DNA from: Pachysolen tannophilus NRRL Y-2460
Taxonomy: Eukaryota
Assembly: GCA_001661245.1 (NCBI GenBank)
Contig: KV454015.1
Span: 599,465 to 663,464, forward strand
DNA: 64,000 nt
Direction of reading: 5' to 3'
Part shown: in pieces, positions 12,101-22,543 of the stretch
How positions within the stretch are numbered: position 1 is the first letter of the stretch
How the letters are laid out: every line of letters starts with the position of its first letter
Made by a program: the position numbers and the translations under genes
The notes under the pieces: model-generated
What the model was told of the DNA's origin: nothing
Database searches by the model: none
What the model saw: the letters and a program-made list of their open reading frames with translations, nothing else

Positions 12101-14956
12101 TTACTTATTGGCCAATGTATTCAGTCAAAATGGTTGATCAAAGATTCAGATCAAGATTCAATGATTTACCATAGTATTCATTGGTCTTTGGAGGTATTTT
12201 CGTCTGCATATGATCTCGATTCGGCAAGGTTAGCTATTGGGAACTTGGTGAGGTGTTTTCAGTTTATATGGAATGATGTCTATTCAAATGATAATAACCT
12301 GAAAGAAGAAAGGACTTACTTACTTCGTTGTTGTGTTAGATTATTACCAATAATATCTAAAGCATTTAACAAATATAACAAGTATTGTAAGATTCAAAAA
12401 TTGTTCAAGACAAAGAGGACTTTCACCCATTTATTCCAATTGGAATATCCATTTGTTGAGCATACAATGGATTCTATTGTAACTAAAGAATTTTTTGTTG
12501 AATTATTAATCGAATTTTCAACTCTATTTATATACATTTCCAAATTCTTGAAAAAAGTTGTTGATATTGAAAAAGGTTTTGATTTCATAAAATTTGATGA
12601 AAAAGATGCCCATTTTATTCTGAATGATCAAAATAACTATTTCACTATGCTGTTATCTGAGACTGATGTTCTTTCGATCGTCCAAGCTTCTAAAATTATT
12701 AGCAGGGGTAGTTTTTATCCTTCTAATAAATGGTTATCATTAAATGCGGTCTTGACGGAAAGCTCTTACACAATATTAGAAATGTTGAAGTATAACATGA
12801 TTAACCAATATATTCCTCCTCAGGATGACCTGAAAATTTTTGATAAAGCTCTTTGGGGAACATATTTGAAAACAATTTACAAGATTTCAACTTTAAAAAC
12901 AGTTGCTTATGAACAACTATCCGATATTCCTAGAAAGGCCTGTCATCAACTTCTTGGAGATTTAAGGACGAGATCAGCTACATTAATTGCCGAAGTGTGG
13001 GACTCGCTTGCTACAGAAACTTCAAAAGAAAATTATATGAGATTTAAGTTAAAAAGATTTGGTGGCTATCAAATGGAATTTATTTCGAACAATAACGGAA
13101 TATTAAATGATAACTTATTATTAGGCTTTCAGAAACATGAAAAGTGCCAGGTCCTTGGTGCTAAGATTTGTTGGGATATCATTGTAGCAGAATGGCTTTT
13201 AAAAGAAAGCTTGGATGATTTAGGAAAAGAAACATTAATTGGTTTATATGATTTATTTCACTCTGAATCTTATAAACCTGCCGTTACTGAATTGAAATTA
13301 TTCATAGATCTTTTGAAGAAAACCGTAATGGTTGATCCTGAGGATGAGGCTTTTAAAGCAATTTTTAATTATGCGGGAAAATGTGCTGAATTCTTATTTG
13401 TATTAGATGATTTGAGAAATGTACCATTATCAGATGAATTTGATGATGATAGAACATTCCACAAACTAAATATTTTAGGGTTCCTATTACAAATCAACAG
13501 TCCAGAATTGTTATACGGATTCATCGATGAAATGTATCAAACTAACATTTCAAAAGGTAATTATGTTCAGGCAGCATTGAGTTTAGAGTTATTAGCAGAT
13601 ACCTATGATTGGTCTTTACATACTTTATTGCTGCCTATTTCTAAACCAAGTTTCCCTCAACAGACTCCATTTGAAAGAAAGGAATCTTTATATAGGTTAA
13701 TTGGACATAATTATGCAAAGGGGAATAGTTTGGAGCAAGCAGTGGAAGTTTATAAAGAGTTAAGAGACTCTTACGAAAACATCACCTTGGATTTACGTGG
13801 ATTGGCTTACGTAAATGGCAAGTTATCAAAAATATATGAAAATTTGGAAAATATTGATAGAATAATGCCAGCTTATTTCAAAGTTTCATTTATTGGTCGA
13901 GGATTCCCAAAAACAGTCAGAGGTAAACATTTCATTTATCAAGGGTTACCATTTGAACAGTTATCATCTATTCAGGATAGATTATCTAGGGTATATCCAG
14001 GTTCTAGAACTGTTACCAAGGATTCAGAAATACTGAAATTGGTTAGTGAATCACCTTTAGGAAAATACTTACACATTACTTCTGTTGATCCAGGAAAAGG
14101 ATTTCAAACGGAGACTGCTCATGCCTCATACAGTGCTAGACGCTATTTACAAAATAAAAACTTGATACATTTCACAACAGTTAAAAGATTGCCTGGTGCT
14201 TCTGGAATCACAGATTTATGGAGTGAAGAGATTACTTATGAGACATATTTGACATTTCCAGCTTTAATGAACAGGAGTGAAATTAAAGATACTAAAACTA
14301 CGAAATTGTCTCCATTGGAAAATGGTTATAGAATGATTGTTACTAAGAATCAAGATTTGGCTAACATTGAATTGATTATATGTAATGCTTTTAGAGAAAA
14401 ATTGGATGTTCAATCTTTTTTCAATGACTTGTCTAGACAAGTATCAGGTACTGTTGATTCACCTGTTAATGGAGGTGTTGGTCAATATCGTGTATTCTTT
14501 GATGATCCTACATATAAATCTGAAGTGTATGCGGAGAAAGTTCAAAGTTTGAAAAATGCTTTCAATGATTTAGCAATTATCCTTAATCGATGCTTAGACT
14601 TACATGGTAAGTTAGTTCCTGCACAATTAAGAGCATCTCATGATTCATTGGTTGAACTTTACAAGAAAAATTTCAAAGAAGAAATTGAAAATTTAAATAT
14701 TATCATTCGTAACAGTAATTACACAAATGGTGATGATCTTTCAACGTATGATGGATTTGCTCCTTCTTTTTACAGCAGTGGTGCTTCGTCGAGTTTAACA
14801 AGAATTAGAACTGGGAACTCGTATACTTCAGACTCTGCTTCAGATACATCATCTTCAGGAACAGGAAGAATTTCTGGTGTTGAATCTTTTTACGATAACT
14901 CAACCACATCTACACGTCGCAACCCATTAAACTGGAGACAAGCACGTCATATCTAA
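9155..14956 (+). CDS. DCK1: DOCK-family Rho GEF
   Basis: 1933 aa. N-terminal SH3-like region (GDQVYIFE...WARGY) and a DHR-2 domain with YFKVSFIGRGFP and SGTVDSPVNGG. RPN13 is its neighbour in S. cerevisiae (YLR421C/YLR422W). Confidence 0.92.
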   Translation: MTSGWVPTSSITYGRAISSFLPLDQPNLRKLENVYKNIYPGDQVYIFETNGIQWARGYIVSQPTPSDFSSSVINLNKLPDRKVQIGIFPMSIITVIEQLAITKYDDSESLDAIGKPSEFDVVPRILDTELFNEVAINGEGTLDFATSKHPKPQLPLSNKREDLIDEIKSATLFLVSHIYALYSLGEFQLFNKLVELYSELDDIRLTLGNDLCTKNERIYLKKEASALLTKISKYLASRGKLNKFEEKEKDRLALGDVSGYEAILARSPETGELLASSDIRTVATTASDLSKNASPYLLVMNQLLYALSSGYPNTNLAADLSPQTRNRLERIPLSNILVDFKSVISSSVHIPKGFMSMTAYLFLRNKKRALTEAFAIKIDASQELLLENVSAALFKNIPSTEVDNNGKVYLVALLTEEIDLSGYQKHLDLNTIKKGIAAGVTDISRIFSRHKGALASGQSHQFTVKLYGSYIGPDDNVNATPVTKNNGWGEVVERIIHGSNVGIAINPRAERIIVSIKEIQDEALLNEKFEHLDETTNVSSSALIPIRTLLFDPLSDSYERVHIRLLRINLIQKVSDSLKDSFLSIHFTSDNENFKFKRATNEAPTSTWACVSVVEDEVIGEIISLVGLSTLQTNHLGDSFIIKLFSNGVLRCEGKILFRKNGQIYDSDGKSKTIKLFSVISPGPEIGTIELATEYIGTHYNMDPVILNVFNWKLIFNSTENLEQCEQDVIVLLNELHKKPLDAYIKFFPKLLLSLFNLFNFSYSTKLSNILTKKIFESVVHLLDFVILKQDQYIYLFDDFCEKYAKNTSVTLGFFQLGAEIYNNANKVWSHISRQYARVAPLLFKMSVICNKDENELLKQGFYSLHIAMLNFLKFVDEKLLSEQVLILDNFFYYLEAIKPLYSKGEIWNLCVKVIESLGLRGLGAKDEADAILSKLRKKDENGSTRNLIHSKNSRAETGATAATAILAKKKNEEHKLIIAKMLLIGQCIQSKWLIKDSDQDSMIYHSIHWSLEVFSSAYDLDSARLAIGNLVRCFQFIWNDVYSNDNNLKEERTYLLRCCVRLLPIISKAFNKYNKYCKIQKLFKTKRTFTHLFQLEYPFVEHTMDSIVTKEFFVELLIEFSTLFIYISKFLKKVVDIEKGFDFIKFDEKDAHFILNDQNNYFTMLLSETDVLSIVQASKIISRGSFYPSNKWLSLNAVLTESSYTILEMLKYNMINQYIPPQDDLKIFDKALWGTYLKTIYKISTLKTVAYEQLSDIPRKACHQLLGDLRTRSATLIAEVWDSLATETSKENYMRFKLKRFGGYQMEFISNNNGILNDNLLLGFQKHEKCQVLGAKICWDIIVAEWLLKESLDDLGKETLIGLYDLFHSESYKPAVTELKLFIDLLKKTVMVDPEDEAFKAIFNYAGKCAEFLFVLDDLRNVPLSDEFDDDRTFHKLNILGFLLQINSPELLYGFIDEMYQTNISKGNYVQAALSLELLADTYDWSLHTLLLPISKPSFPQQTPFERKESLYRLIGHNYAKGNSLEQAVEVYKELRDSYENITLDLRGLAYVNGKLSKIYENLENIDRIMPAYFKVSFIGRGFPKTVRGKHFIYQGLPFEQLSSIQDRLSRVYPGSRTVTKDSEILKLVSESPLGKYLHITSVDPGKGFQTETAHASYSARRYLQNKNLIHFTTVKRLPGASGITDLWSEEITYETYLTFPALMNRSEIKDTKTTKLSPLENGYRMIVTKNQDLANIELIICNAFREKLDVQSFFNDLSRQVSGTVDSPVNGGVGQYRVFFDDPTYKSEVYAEKVQSLKNAFNDLAIILNRCLDLHGKLVPAQLRASHDSLVELYKKNFKEEIENLNIIIRNSNYTNGDDLSTYDGFAPSFYSSGASSSLTRIRTGNSYTSDSASDTSSSGTGRISGVESFYDNSTTSTRRNPLNWRQARHI

Positions 14957-15674
14957 TCCAGATTTAGCTTCTTTTTTTTTTTTTTGACCTTTACTGTTGT
15001 TTAAAATTTATTTGTCCTGTGGATCAAATATTATTTATTTATTTATTTTTTTAATTTTTTTTTTTTCCTTTCTTTTTTTTCAGTTCTCAGTTCTATAACG
15101 TACTTTTCATTTTTCTTCTCCGAAACGATTCAATCATTCTCTTTTTCTTTTCACAAACTTTAACAAGAGACTTTTTATACCAGCTTTTTAATTACTTTGA
15201 TTTCTTTGAACTATTAGAATAGAGACTTTATATTTAAACGGTGTTGTTGGCTTAGAAAAATACATATGTAGAGGCACGGTAAAGTGGTCAACAAGATAGA
15301 TTGAACCTTTTCCCACTAGGTCCACCATGGATACCATCTCCATTAGATTCATTAGATCCAACAGGGCCAGCAAGACCTCTCCGACTTCCTAAATAAGAAG
15401 CTTCTTTTTTTGGGTGTTTCTTTTTTGCCGTTAACCGCTGCAGACTTCCTAATGCGGAAATTAGTTTTTGAACTTCCTTTTTCAGGTCATTTTCAATTTT
15501 TTTTTTTTTTTTTTAAAATGCTGAAGAAGAAAAAGAATTTTGGAGAAAAGTAATATAACATTGATTTTATTGGGAACAAAAAGAATTTAAACGATTTATC
15601 TTAAATTAATTAATAAGTTTTAAAATATATATCAATTAAATTAAAAAGTTTGATTTTGAAATTGCAAATACAAT

Positions 15675-16097
15675 ATGTTTAGATTAGTAACTCGTTCATT
15701 AAGCTATCGTCCTCTGACTGTTATTAGAGCTGCTACCGCTGTTGCTCGTCCAGTTACTCCATTGGCAACAAGGTTTATCTCACAATCAGCTATTCGTTTC
15801 AACCTTTCACAAGATGCTTCGATGTTGACCAAAGAAGATGTTTTAGCTAGAAGTGTTCAAGTTTTAAAAGGTTTTGATGTTAAAACTCAAGATATTACGA
15901 TGGATTCGAAATTTCAACAAGATTTAGGTTTTGATTCATTAGATGCTAATGATGCTTTAGTTGCCTTGGAAGAAGAATTTGATGTAGTCTTTGACGACAA
16001 ATTTGCAAATGAAGTTAAGACCGTTGGAGAAGCTGTTGACTATGTCTTGGCTAATTATATACCTCCACAGCAAACTCTTGACCGTGCTTTACGTTAA
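15675..16097 (+). CDS. ACP1: Mitochondrial acyl carrier protein
   Basis: Arg-rich presequence, DLGFDSLD phosphopantetheine site, ALEEEF and KTVGEAVDY. Confidence 0.9.
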   Translation: MFRLVTRSLSYRPLTVIRAATAVARPVTPLATRFISQSAIRFNLSQDASMLTKEDVLARSVQVLKGFDVKTQDITMDSKFQQDLGFDSLDANDALVALEEEFDVVFDDKFANEVKTVGEAVDYVLANYIPPQQTLDRALR

Positions 16098-16646
16098 GGG
16101 TAATTAAATAAAAGATTATTCCACACAAGAAAGAACCATCCATTTTAGCAAGAGACAAAAGCAAAGAAAGGTTCAGGGGGAGAGAAAGACGTTTTCTACT
16201 TATTTATTTATCTTTTTTCTTTTTTCTTTTTTTTTTTTTTTTTAACTTTTCCTCCCTTGATATTCCAGGTTTTTTCCTTTTCTTTTTTTTTTTTTTTTTT
16301 GTTTGTTTTGTTTCTAGCAATTCTTGGTAGGTATATAGTTTTAAAATTTTAACAATCTGTAATTAGTGAATTATTTAAGAAGAATCAAAGGTAGAATAGA
16401 AGTGAAAACTTGAAAAGTGAAAAATGAATGAATAAATATCTAAGTTTTTAATGGAATTTATAAAGAATTATTAATTAAATTAAATTATATTAATAATAAC
16501 AGGTCGTGCACTCAAAACTCAACAAATGTTGATATTTTTTTAGTTGGTGAACAAAGTAAGATAATAAATATAAAATAAAATCAGTATTGATTTCAATTGT
16601 TCAATTGTTGCTTATTATAGAAATTTAAAAATCAATATTGGCTATA

Positions 16647-17843
16647 ATGGGAAGTTCAAGTGTAATTGATAGCGAGAAGATGAATAAAAATGTTGGTAGT
16701 GGTGATGGTGAACCGGAGGTGAATGTGGACGGAGAAGAACGGGAATTATTTTCTCATTCTGATGATAACGGAGATGATGATGATGATGATGATGATGGAG
16801 ATGACAACGGGTTACATGGATCATCTGAGCATAATCAGGCACTGGGTGATGGTTCTGAGAATAAGGGTGATAATAATTTCAGTTTTGCAGGATCAGTAAT
16901 TCCAGATCCGCATATTGATTTAATTGAAGCCGATAAAGATTTAACTGCAGATTATCCTTTAGATTCCGAATATATCCAATTAATTCATTTAAAAATACGG
17001 TTGTTGGAAGATTTACATTTGGAAAAATTTGAAAAATTGATTAGTATATGTTTAAGACAAAATCTCATTGATACTATGGCACCTTTAAAATATTTAAAAA
17101 ATAAAGAAAAAATTGAAGAATTGGATTTTTATGATAATAGAATTAATCATATAAGTAAACATATTAATGAATTTCCAAATTTAAAAATATTAGATTTATC
17201 ATTTAATAAGATAAAACATATTAAAAATCTTAAAAATTTGGAAAATTTAGAAAATTTATATTTAGTTCAAAATAAAATTGAAACTATTGAAAATTTAGAA
17301 AAATTAATAAAATTAACTAGTCTTGAATTAGGTGGTAATAAAATTAAAAAAATTAGTGAAAATTTAAATTATTTAACAAATTTACAAGAATTATGGTTAG
17401 GTAAAAATAGAATTTATGAATTAGAAAATTTAGATAATTTAAGAAATCTTAAAATATTATCAATTCAAGCAAATAGAATAACAAAATTAAAAAATTTATC
17501 AAAATTAATTAATCTTGAAGAATTATATATTTCAAATAATGGAATTGAAACTTTAGAAGGTTTAGAAAATTGTGAAAAATTAACAATAATTGATATAACA
17601 TCAAATAAAATTAAAAAATTATCATGTTTAAGTCATTTAATTAATTTAACAGATTTATGGTGTTCTTATAATTATATTTCAGATTTTAAAAATGTTGAAC
17701 AAGAATTACAAAAATTACCAAACTTGGAATGCGTATATTTTGAGCATAATCCTTTACAAACAGATAATCCAACTTCCTATAGAAGAAAATTAAAAATTAT
17801 CATACCCCAATTGAAAAAAATAGATGCTACATTCTGTAATTGA
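16647..17843 (+). CDS. SDS22: PP1 regulatory subunit Sds22 (leucine-rich repeat protein)
   Basis: LRR array (LCLRQNLI-type, LDFYDNRI, LELGGNKI, LWLGKNRI), ending YFEHNPLQ...YRRK...KKIDAT. First ATG is 16647; 16680 is an alternative start. Confidence 0.93.
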   Translation: MGSSSVIDSEKMNKNVGSGDGEPEVNVDGEERELFSHSDDNGDDDDDDDDGDDNGLHGSSEHNQALGDGSENKGDNNFSFAGSVIPDPHIDLIEADKDLTADYPLDSEYIQLIHLKIRLLEDLHLEKFEKLISICLRQNLIDTMAPLKYLKNKEKIEELDFYDNRINHISKHINEFPNLKILDLSFNKIKHIKNLKNLENLENLYLVQNKIETIENLEKLIKLTSLELGGNKIKKISENLNYLTNLQELWLGKNRIYELENLDNLRNLKILSIQANRITKLKNLSKLINLEELYISNNGIETLEGLENCEKLTIIDITSNKIKKLSCLSHLINLTDLWCSYNYISDFKNVEQELQKLPNLECVYFEHNPLQTDNPTSYRRKLKIIIPQLKKIDATFCN

Positions 17844-17846
17844 AAT

Positions 17847-17886
17847 ACTCACTCAACTCACTCAACTCACTCAACTCACTCACTCA
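17847..17886 (+). repeat. Short tandem repeat (ACTCACTCA)n immediately after the SDS22 stop
   Basis: actcactca unit repeated about 4 times. Confidence 0.8.
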
Positions 17887-18118
17887 TTTACTTTACTTAC
17901 TATTGAAAAAGGTAGTGCGCAAAACTCATCTGCAACAATAATAATAATAATAATAATAATAACAAAAATATATAATAACGATAATAATAACGGACAAAAA
18001 GAAAAAATAAAACGCGGGATATATTATTCATCAATCAATTAATAAACTTTTTTCTTTTTTTTTTTTTTTTTTTCTTAAAATCTTGGTCTTAATTATTAAA
18101 TGAGAACCATGTCATTTT

Positions 18119-18599
18119 NNNNNNNNNNNNNNNNNNNNNNNNNNNNNNNNNNNNNNNNNNNNNNNNNNNNNNNNNNNNNNNNNNNNNNNNNNNNNNNNNN
18201 NNNNNNNNNNNNNNNNNNNNNNNNNNNNNNNNNNNNNNNNNNNNNNNNNNNNNNNNNNNNNNNNNNNNNNNNNNNNNNNNNNNNNNNNNNNNNNNNNNNN
18301 NNNNNNNNNNNNNNNNNNNNNNNNNNNNNNNNNNNNNNNNNNNNNNNNNNNNNNNNNNNNNNNNNNNNNNNNNNNNNNNNNNNNNNNNNNNNNNNNNNNN
18401 NNNNNNNNNNNNNNNNNNNNNNNNNNNNNNNNNNNNNNNNNNNNNNNNNNNNNNNNNNNNNNNNNNNNNNNNNNNNNNNNNNNNNNNNNNNNNNNNNNNN
18501 NNNNNNNNNNNNNNNNNNNNNNNNNNNNNNNNNNNNNNNNNNNNNNNNNNNNNNNNNNNNNNNNNNNNNNNNNNNNNNNNNNNNNNNNNNNNNNNNNNN
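18119..18599. other. Assembly gap (N run)
   Basis: Run of N. Confidence 1.
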
Positions 18600-19858
18600 A
18601 TGATAATAAATGATAAGCTGCTATCTTGTTTTTTTTTTTTTTTTTTTTTTTTTTGTCGTTGTTGCATTTTGCTTCCATGCAGTACATTTCCCACTAAGTC
18701 AAATCCAAGACAACTAACTAATCACTCACCTATATGCGAGAAACAAATCTAGAACAATAATAATAATAATAATAATATTAATTACCTCTCGCCGTCCTTT
18801 ATCTTGTCCGTTTCTGGTTCTTATTATTCTCTCAATTCTACCAAGGTAAAAAACCTCTTAAAAAAAAATTTATTTTGTTTTGTTCTGGAAAAGATGTAGC
18901 CGCATACTGCATGAAATTTAAGTTTGACAATTTTTGAGCGATTTTTTTTTTTATTTTTTTTTTTTTTTAAATTTTTTTTTTTTTTTTAACCGGAAAAAGA
19001 AAAGGGAAAAAAAAAGCTCTTTTAAAAAATTTAAGCAAAAGGGCCGTTTTAGAAGGGAGAAAGGGGTGGGATAGGTGGGATACACCCGATGAGCTGCCGA
19101 CTTTTCTGCCTGAATTTTTTTTTCTTTATTATTTTTATTGTTACTTATTAAGAAAATCGTCTTAGGGAAAGAAGAAGATCATTTAAAACTTATTAATTTG
19201 CCGAGGGCCGAGCAAGAAAAGTATAGTTAAGTATTTTAAATTTATTTTACTCAAGAGACACCATTATATATACACTTTTTTACATAATATATTAAGTAAA
19301 AGAAACAATCTTTTGAATCTAAGGAAATAAATTTTAAATATATATGTATATATATATATTTTTTTTTATATATATATTGATATATATTTATATATATATA
19401 TATATATACATAAATCCACTTCTGTGTTTAATACTTGTAAACCAACATTTTATTTCTTTAAATTGAAATATTCATCAAAAAGGTATTATAAAACAAGAGT
19501 TTGTAAGATACCAATTATATATATATATATATATATATATAAATATAAATATATATTAATATATATATTTGCTTTAAAGAAAAAGTGTTTTAATAAATAA
19601 ATTATTATTCATCACGTTAGTGTAATAACGAACTCATCATCAAAGAGAATATTTAATACTTCATTACCTAATACATACATAAATAGATAATAATAATAAT
19701 AAAAATAATAATATTAATAATAATATATATCTAAGATATATATATATATATATATGATGCATATATATATGTTTTAATAATTTTTCATTTATTATATCAA
19801 TTTCTTGTTCGTCTTCAGAAAAAAAAAGAAAAGGTGAAAGAGAGAGAAAAAGAGAGAG

Positions 19859-21760
19859 ATGTCTATAAAACAAGAACAGGAAGTACTAAGTAGTCCGACA
19901 TATTTAGCGGATCTTCAGTCCAATGGTCAAGATAATTCTCCAACAAATACAAATTCGAATAATGGAGAATTGAGGAAAAGAAGAGTAGGTAAAGCTTGTG
20001 ATTCATGTCGAATTAAAAAGACAAAATGTGATGGAAGAAAGCCTTGTTCTAAATGTACTGCAGATAATAAAATTTGTGTATATAGCGAAAGAAAAAGACC
20101 AAAAGATAAAACTTATCCTTCGGGTTATGTTGAATTATTGGAAACAAGGTTGGAATTATTATCAAAATCTTTAGAAAGACTTGTAATACTGGCAACAAAT
20201 GGTGAAGATATGTCTTTTCTTCATAATTATGGAGATAAATTTTCAGTTAATAGAGTAATTTCATTATTAGTCAATGAGCATGGCTTATTAGATAATCAGC
20301 CTATAGAGTGGGATACCGGTACTAAATTGGCTGCATCTTTACCAGATGATTTTAATGGTATTGAAGATGCTGCCAAGAAATTCTCGGAGCATACTAAGCA
20401 ATTAGCAATTGCTACTGAATTGGCAGCTGCTAATAAGGCAAATGCTAGACGTGAAAGAAGAAAAGCAAAACTTAAGGCCGAATCTCAAAGAGAAAAAGAT
20501 TTCTCCAATACAAATAATAAAATTAGTAATCAAGATACTAAATCGGTGTTAGGTCGTACTAATGTCTCTACCCCATCATCAACTGTTAGTCCACTTTCAG
20601 ATAATAATAATAACAATAATAACAACAATAATAACAGTAATACTAATACTAATAATAGTAATAATACTGTTGGAAAAGAAGAAAATTCTTCTTCTATTAT
20701 TCCATTAAATGATCAAGATATTTTAAAACAGTTTGAACTTAATTTAGAAAATTCAAATAGTAATAATACTAATAATACTAGTGCAAAACTAGAATCTTTG
20801 GATAAATTGAACTTTAGTCTTAATGGATTTAATCAAGAAAATGCTAATGAATTTAATTTGAATAGTGCTTCGTTGAATCTTGGTTCTTTTACTTCTGGTG
20901 CCGCAATTGCAGCGGCTGCCATTGATGGTGGCCTATCAATGTCTGATTTTGAATCTGATAGTAATAACAATCATATCCACAATAATACTAATATCAATAA
21001 CAGTAGTGGGAATTTTTCACCAATAACTGGGAATTCTCCATTTAGTGATGCTGACTGGAATAATTCTTCTTATTTCTCACCACCAAATGGAAATAATAAT
21101 AGCTCTATGATGAAATGGGGGAAAACAACAAATAATGATGAATTTCAATCTTCCCCGTCATTATTCATAGATGGAGTTGCAAATAGAACAGGATCGCATG
21201 ATTTTTTAAATAATGCATCTTATTCTTCTTTGAATTCGTCGGTTTTCAATGAAAATCCTCCTTCATCTTCATTAAATACTGGTGGAAGTTATAATAATAA
21301 TAATAATAGTAACTCATCAACACTTGCTACACCAAGTTCTCCTTTGGCATCACCAATTTTTTCACTGACAACAACTTTGAAAAGAAGTGGATCACATACA
21401 AGACCAATATCAACTACAAAAGTTATGAACGGTAAGACGGGTAAAGTTGGTTATTCAGGACAAATTTCAAAACCATCTCATTCACATTTACACCATCATC
21501 GTCATCATTCTAATGGGAATGTAGATGATTCATCAAGACAAGATATGTTGAAAAGAACCACAAGTGGATCAAACAACACCATAAGCAGCGATCTGAGTCC
21601 TGAACTGTTAAATTTAAGTGTTGGTACAATGAAAAATACGGGTAATGATAAATTAGTAGATGATTTAAATATGGTTGATTTTGCTACTGTCAACCCAGTC
21701 GCTGTCGAAAATTTGAATAGTACGTTGGATGATTTATGGTTAAACAATAATGGAAATTAG
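19859..21760 (+). CDS. FCR1: Zn(II)2Cys6 transcription factor, Fcr1-like
   Basis: RRVGKACDSCRIKKTKCDGRKPCSKCTADNKICVY followed by PSGYVELLE.RL resembles C. albicans Fcr1. The remainder is N/S-rich. Confidence 0.8.
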   Translation: MSIKQEQEVLSSPTYLADLQSNGQDNSPTNTNSNNGELRKRRVGKACDSCRIKKTKCDGRKPCSKCTADNKICVYSERKRPKDKTYPSGYVELLETRLELLSKSLERLVILATNGEDMSFLHNYGDKFSVNRVISLLVNEHGLLDNQPIEWDTGTKLAASLPDDFNGIEDAAKKFSEHTKQLAIATELAAANKANARRERRKAKLKAESQREKDFSNTNNKISNQDTKSVLGRTNVSTPSSTVSPLSDNNNNNNNNNNNSNTNTNNSNNTVGKEENSSSIIPLNDQDILKQFELNLENSNSNNTNNTSAKLESLDKLNFSLNGFNQENANEFNLNSASLNLGSFTSGAAIAAAAIDGGLSMSDFESDSNNNHIHNNTNINNSSGNFSPITGNSPFSDADWNNSSYFSPPNGNNNSSMMKWGKTTNNDEFQSSPSLFIDGVANRTGSHDFLNNASYSSLNSSVFNENPPSSSLNTGGSYNNNNNSNSSTLATPSSPLASPIFSLTTTLKRSGSHTRPISTTKVMNGKTGKVGYSGQISKPSHSHLHHHRHHSNGNVDDSSRQDMLKRTTSGSNNTISSDLSPELLNLSVGTMKNTGNDKLVDDLNMVDFATVNPVAVENLNSTLDDLWLNNNGN

Positions 21761-22543
21761 GGTTGTAAAAAAATTTTTCTTCATGTTATTTTTTTTATTA
21801 ATAATTGTTATGATTTACTGTAATGGCTGTTCTAATATTCAATGAACAAAAAGAAACAAAAATTGGGTTTTGTTTTACCAACGTCATGTTCTTTCAATAA
21901 CGACGAATATTTATTTAATTATGTTTGTTAATGATTCAATGTCCTACCATCTTAATTTTATGACTTTTTTTTTTTTTTTAATAATGATACTAATTTTTCT
22001 TTTTTTTTTTTTTTGCTTTTTAATTTTTGTTTAATTCAGGCCTACTCAGGTTTGGTTTCTTCGACATACAGTCATTTCAGTCAAGGATCTTAATGTTAAA
22101 TGCTTTAAAGAGCGGGTTTTGATGTTTTGAATTTTTTGTATTCTTTACTATTAGTATTTTCTTTTTCTTTTTTTTTTTTTTTTTAATTGCCAACTTTTAA
22201 TTGATAATTTTTAATTTTTAGCTTCTATGGTTTAGTTTTTATAATGGGACTCAACATCAAGAGAACTCCTACTCCGAAATAAATAATTCACTCATATTCA
22301 GTATATACGAAAACAAATTTTTAATGCTAAATGCTAGTAGTACAAAGTTTATTCTTTACCTCATGAAAAAAAAAAAGTAACAAAGAAAAATGAAATGACA
22401 GATACGCCAAACGTATAGGAAGCAAAAGAAGTCGAATAGAGAAGGGAAAAGTAAAAGAGTGAATAATAAAAAAGAAGAAGAAAAAACTTGAGAAATGCAT
22501 TTATATATATTGTAGATCTATGATGCTAAAGCTGCCTGAAAAA

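Noticed and set aside
15188..15400. Moderately GC-rich stretch and short ORF between DCK1 and ACP1, considered as a small gene or snoRNA
   Set aside because: No credible start codon or family motif, and no convincing C/D or H/ACA architecture by eye.
18089..18694. ORFs spanning N runs (also at 25175-25723 and 46161-46634)
   Set aside because: These are artefacts of translating assembly gaps.
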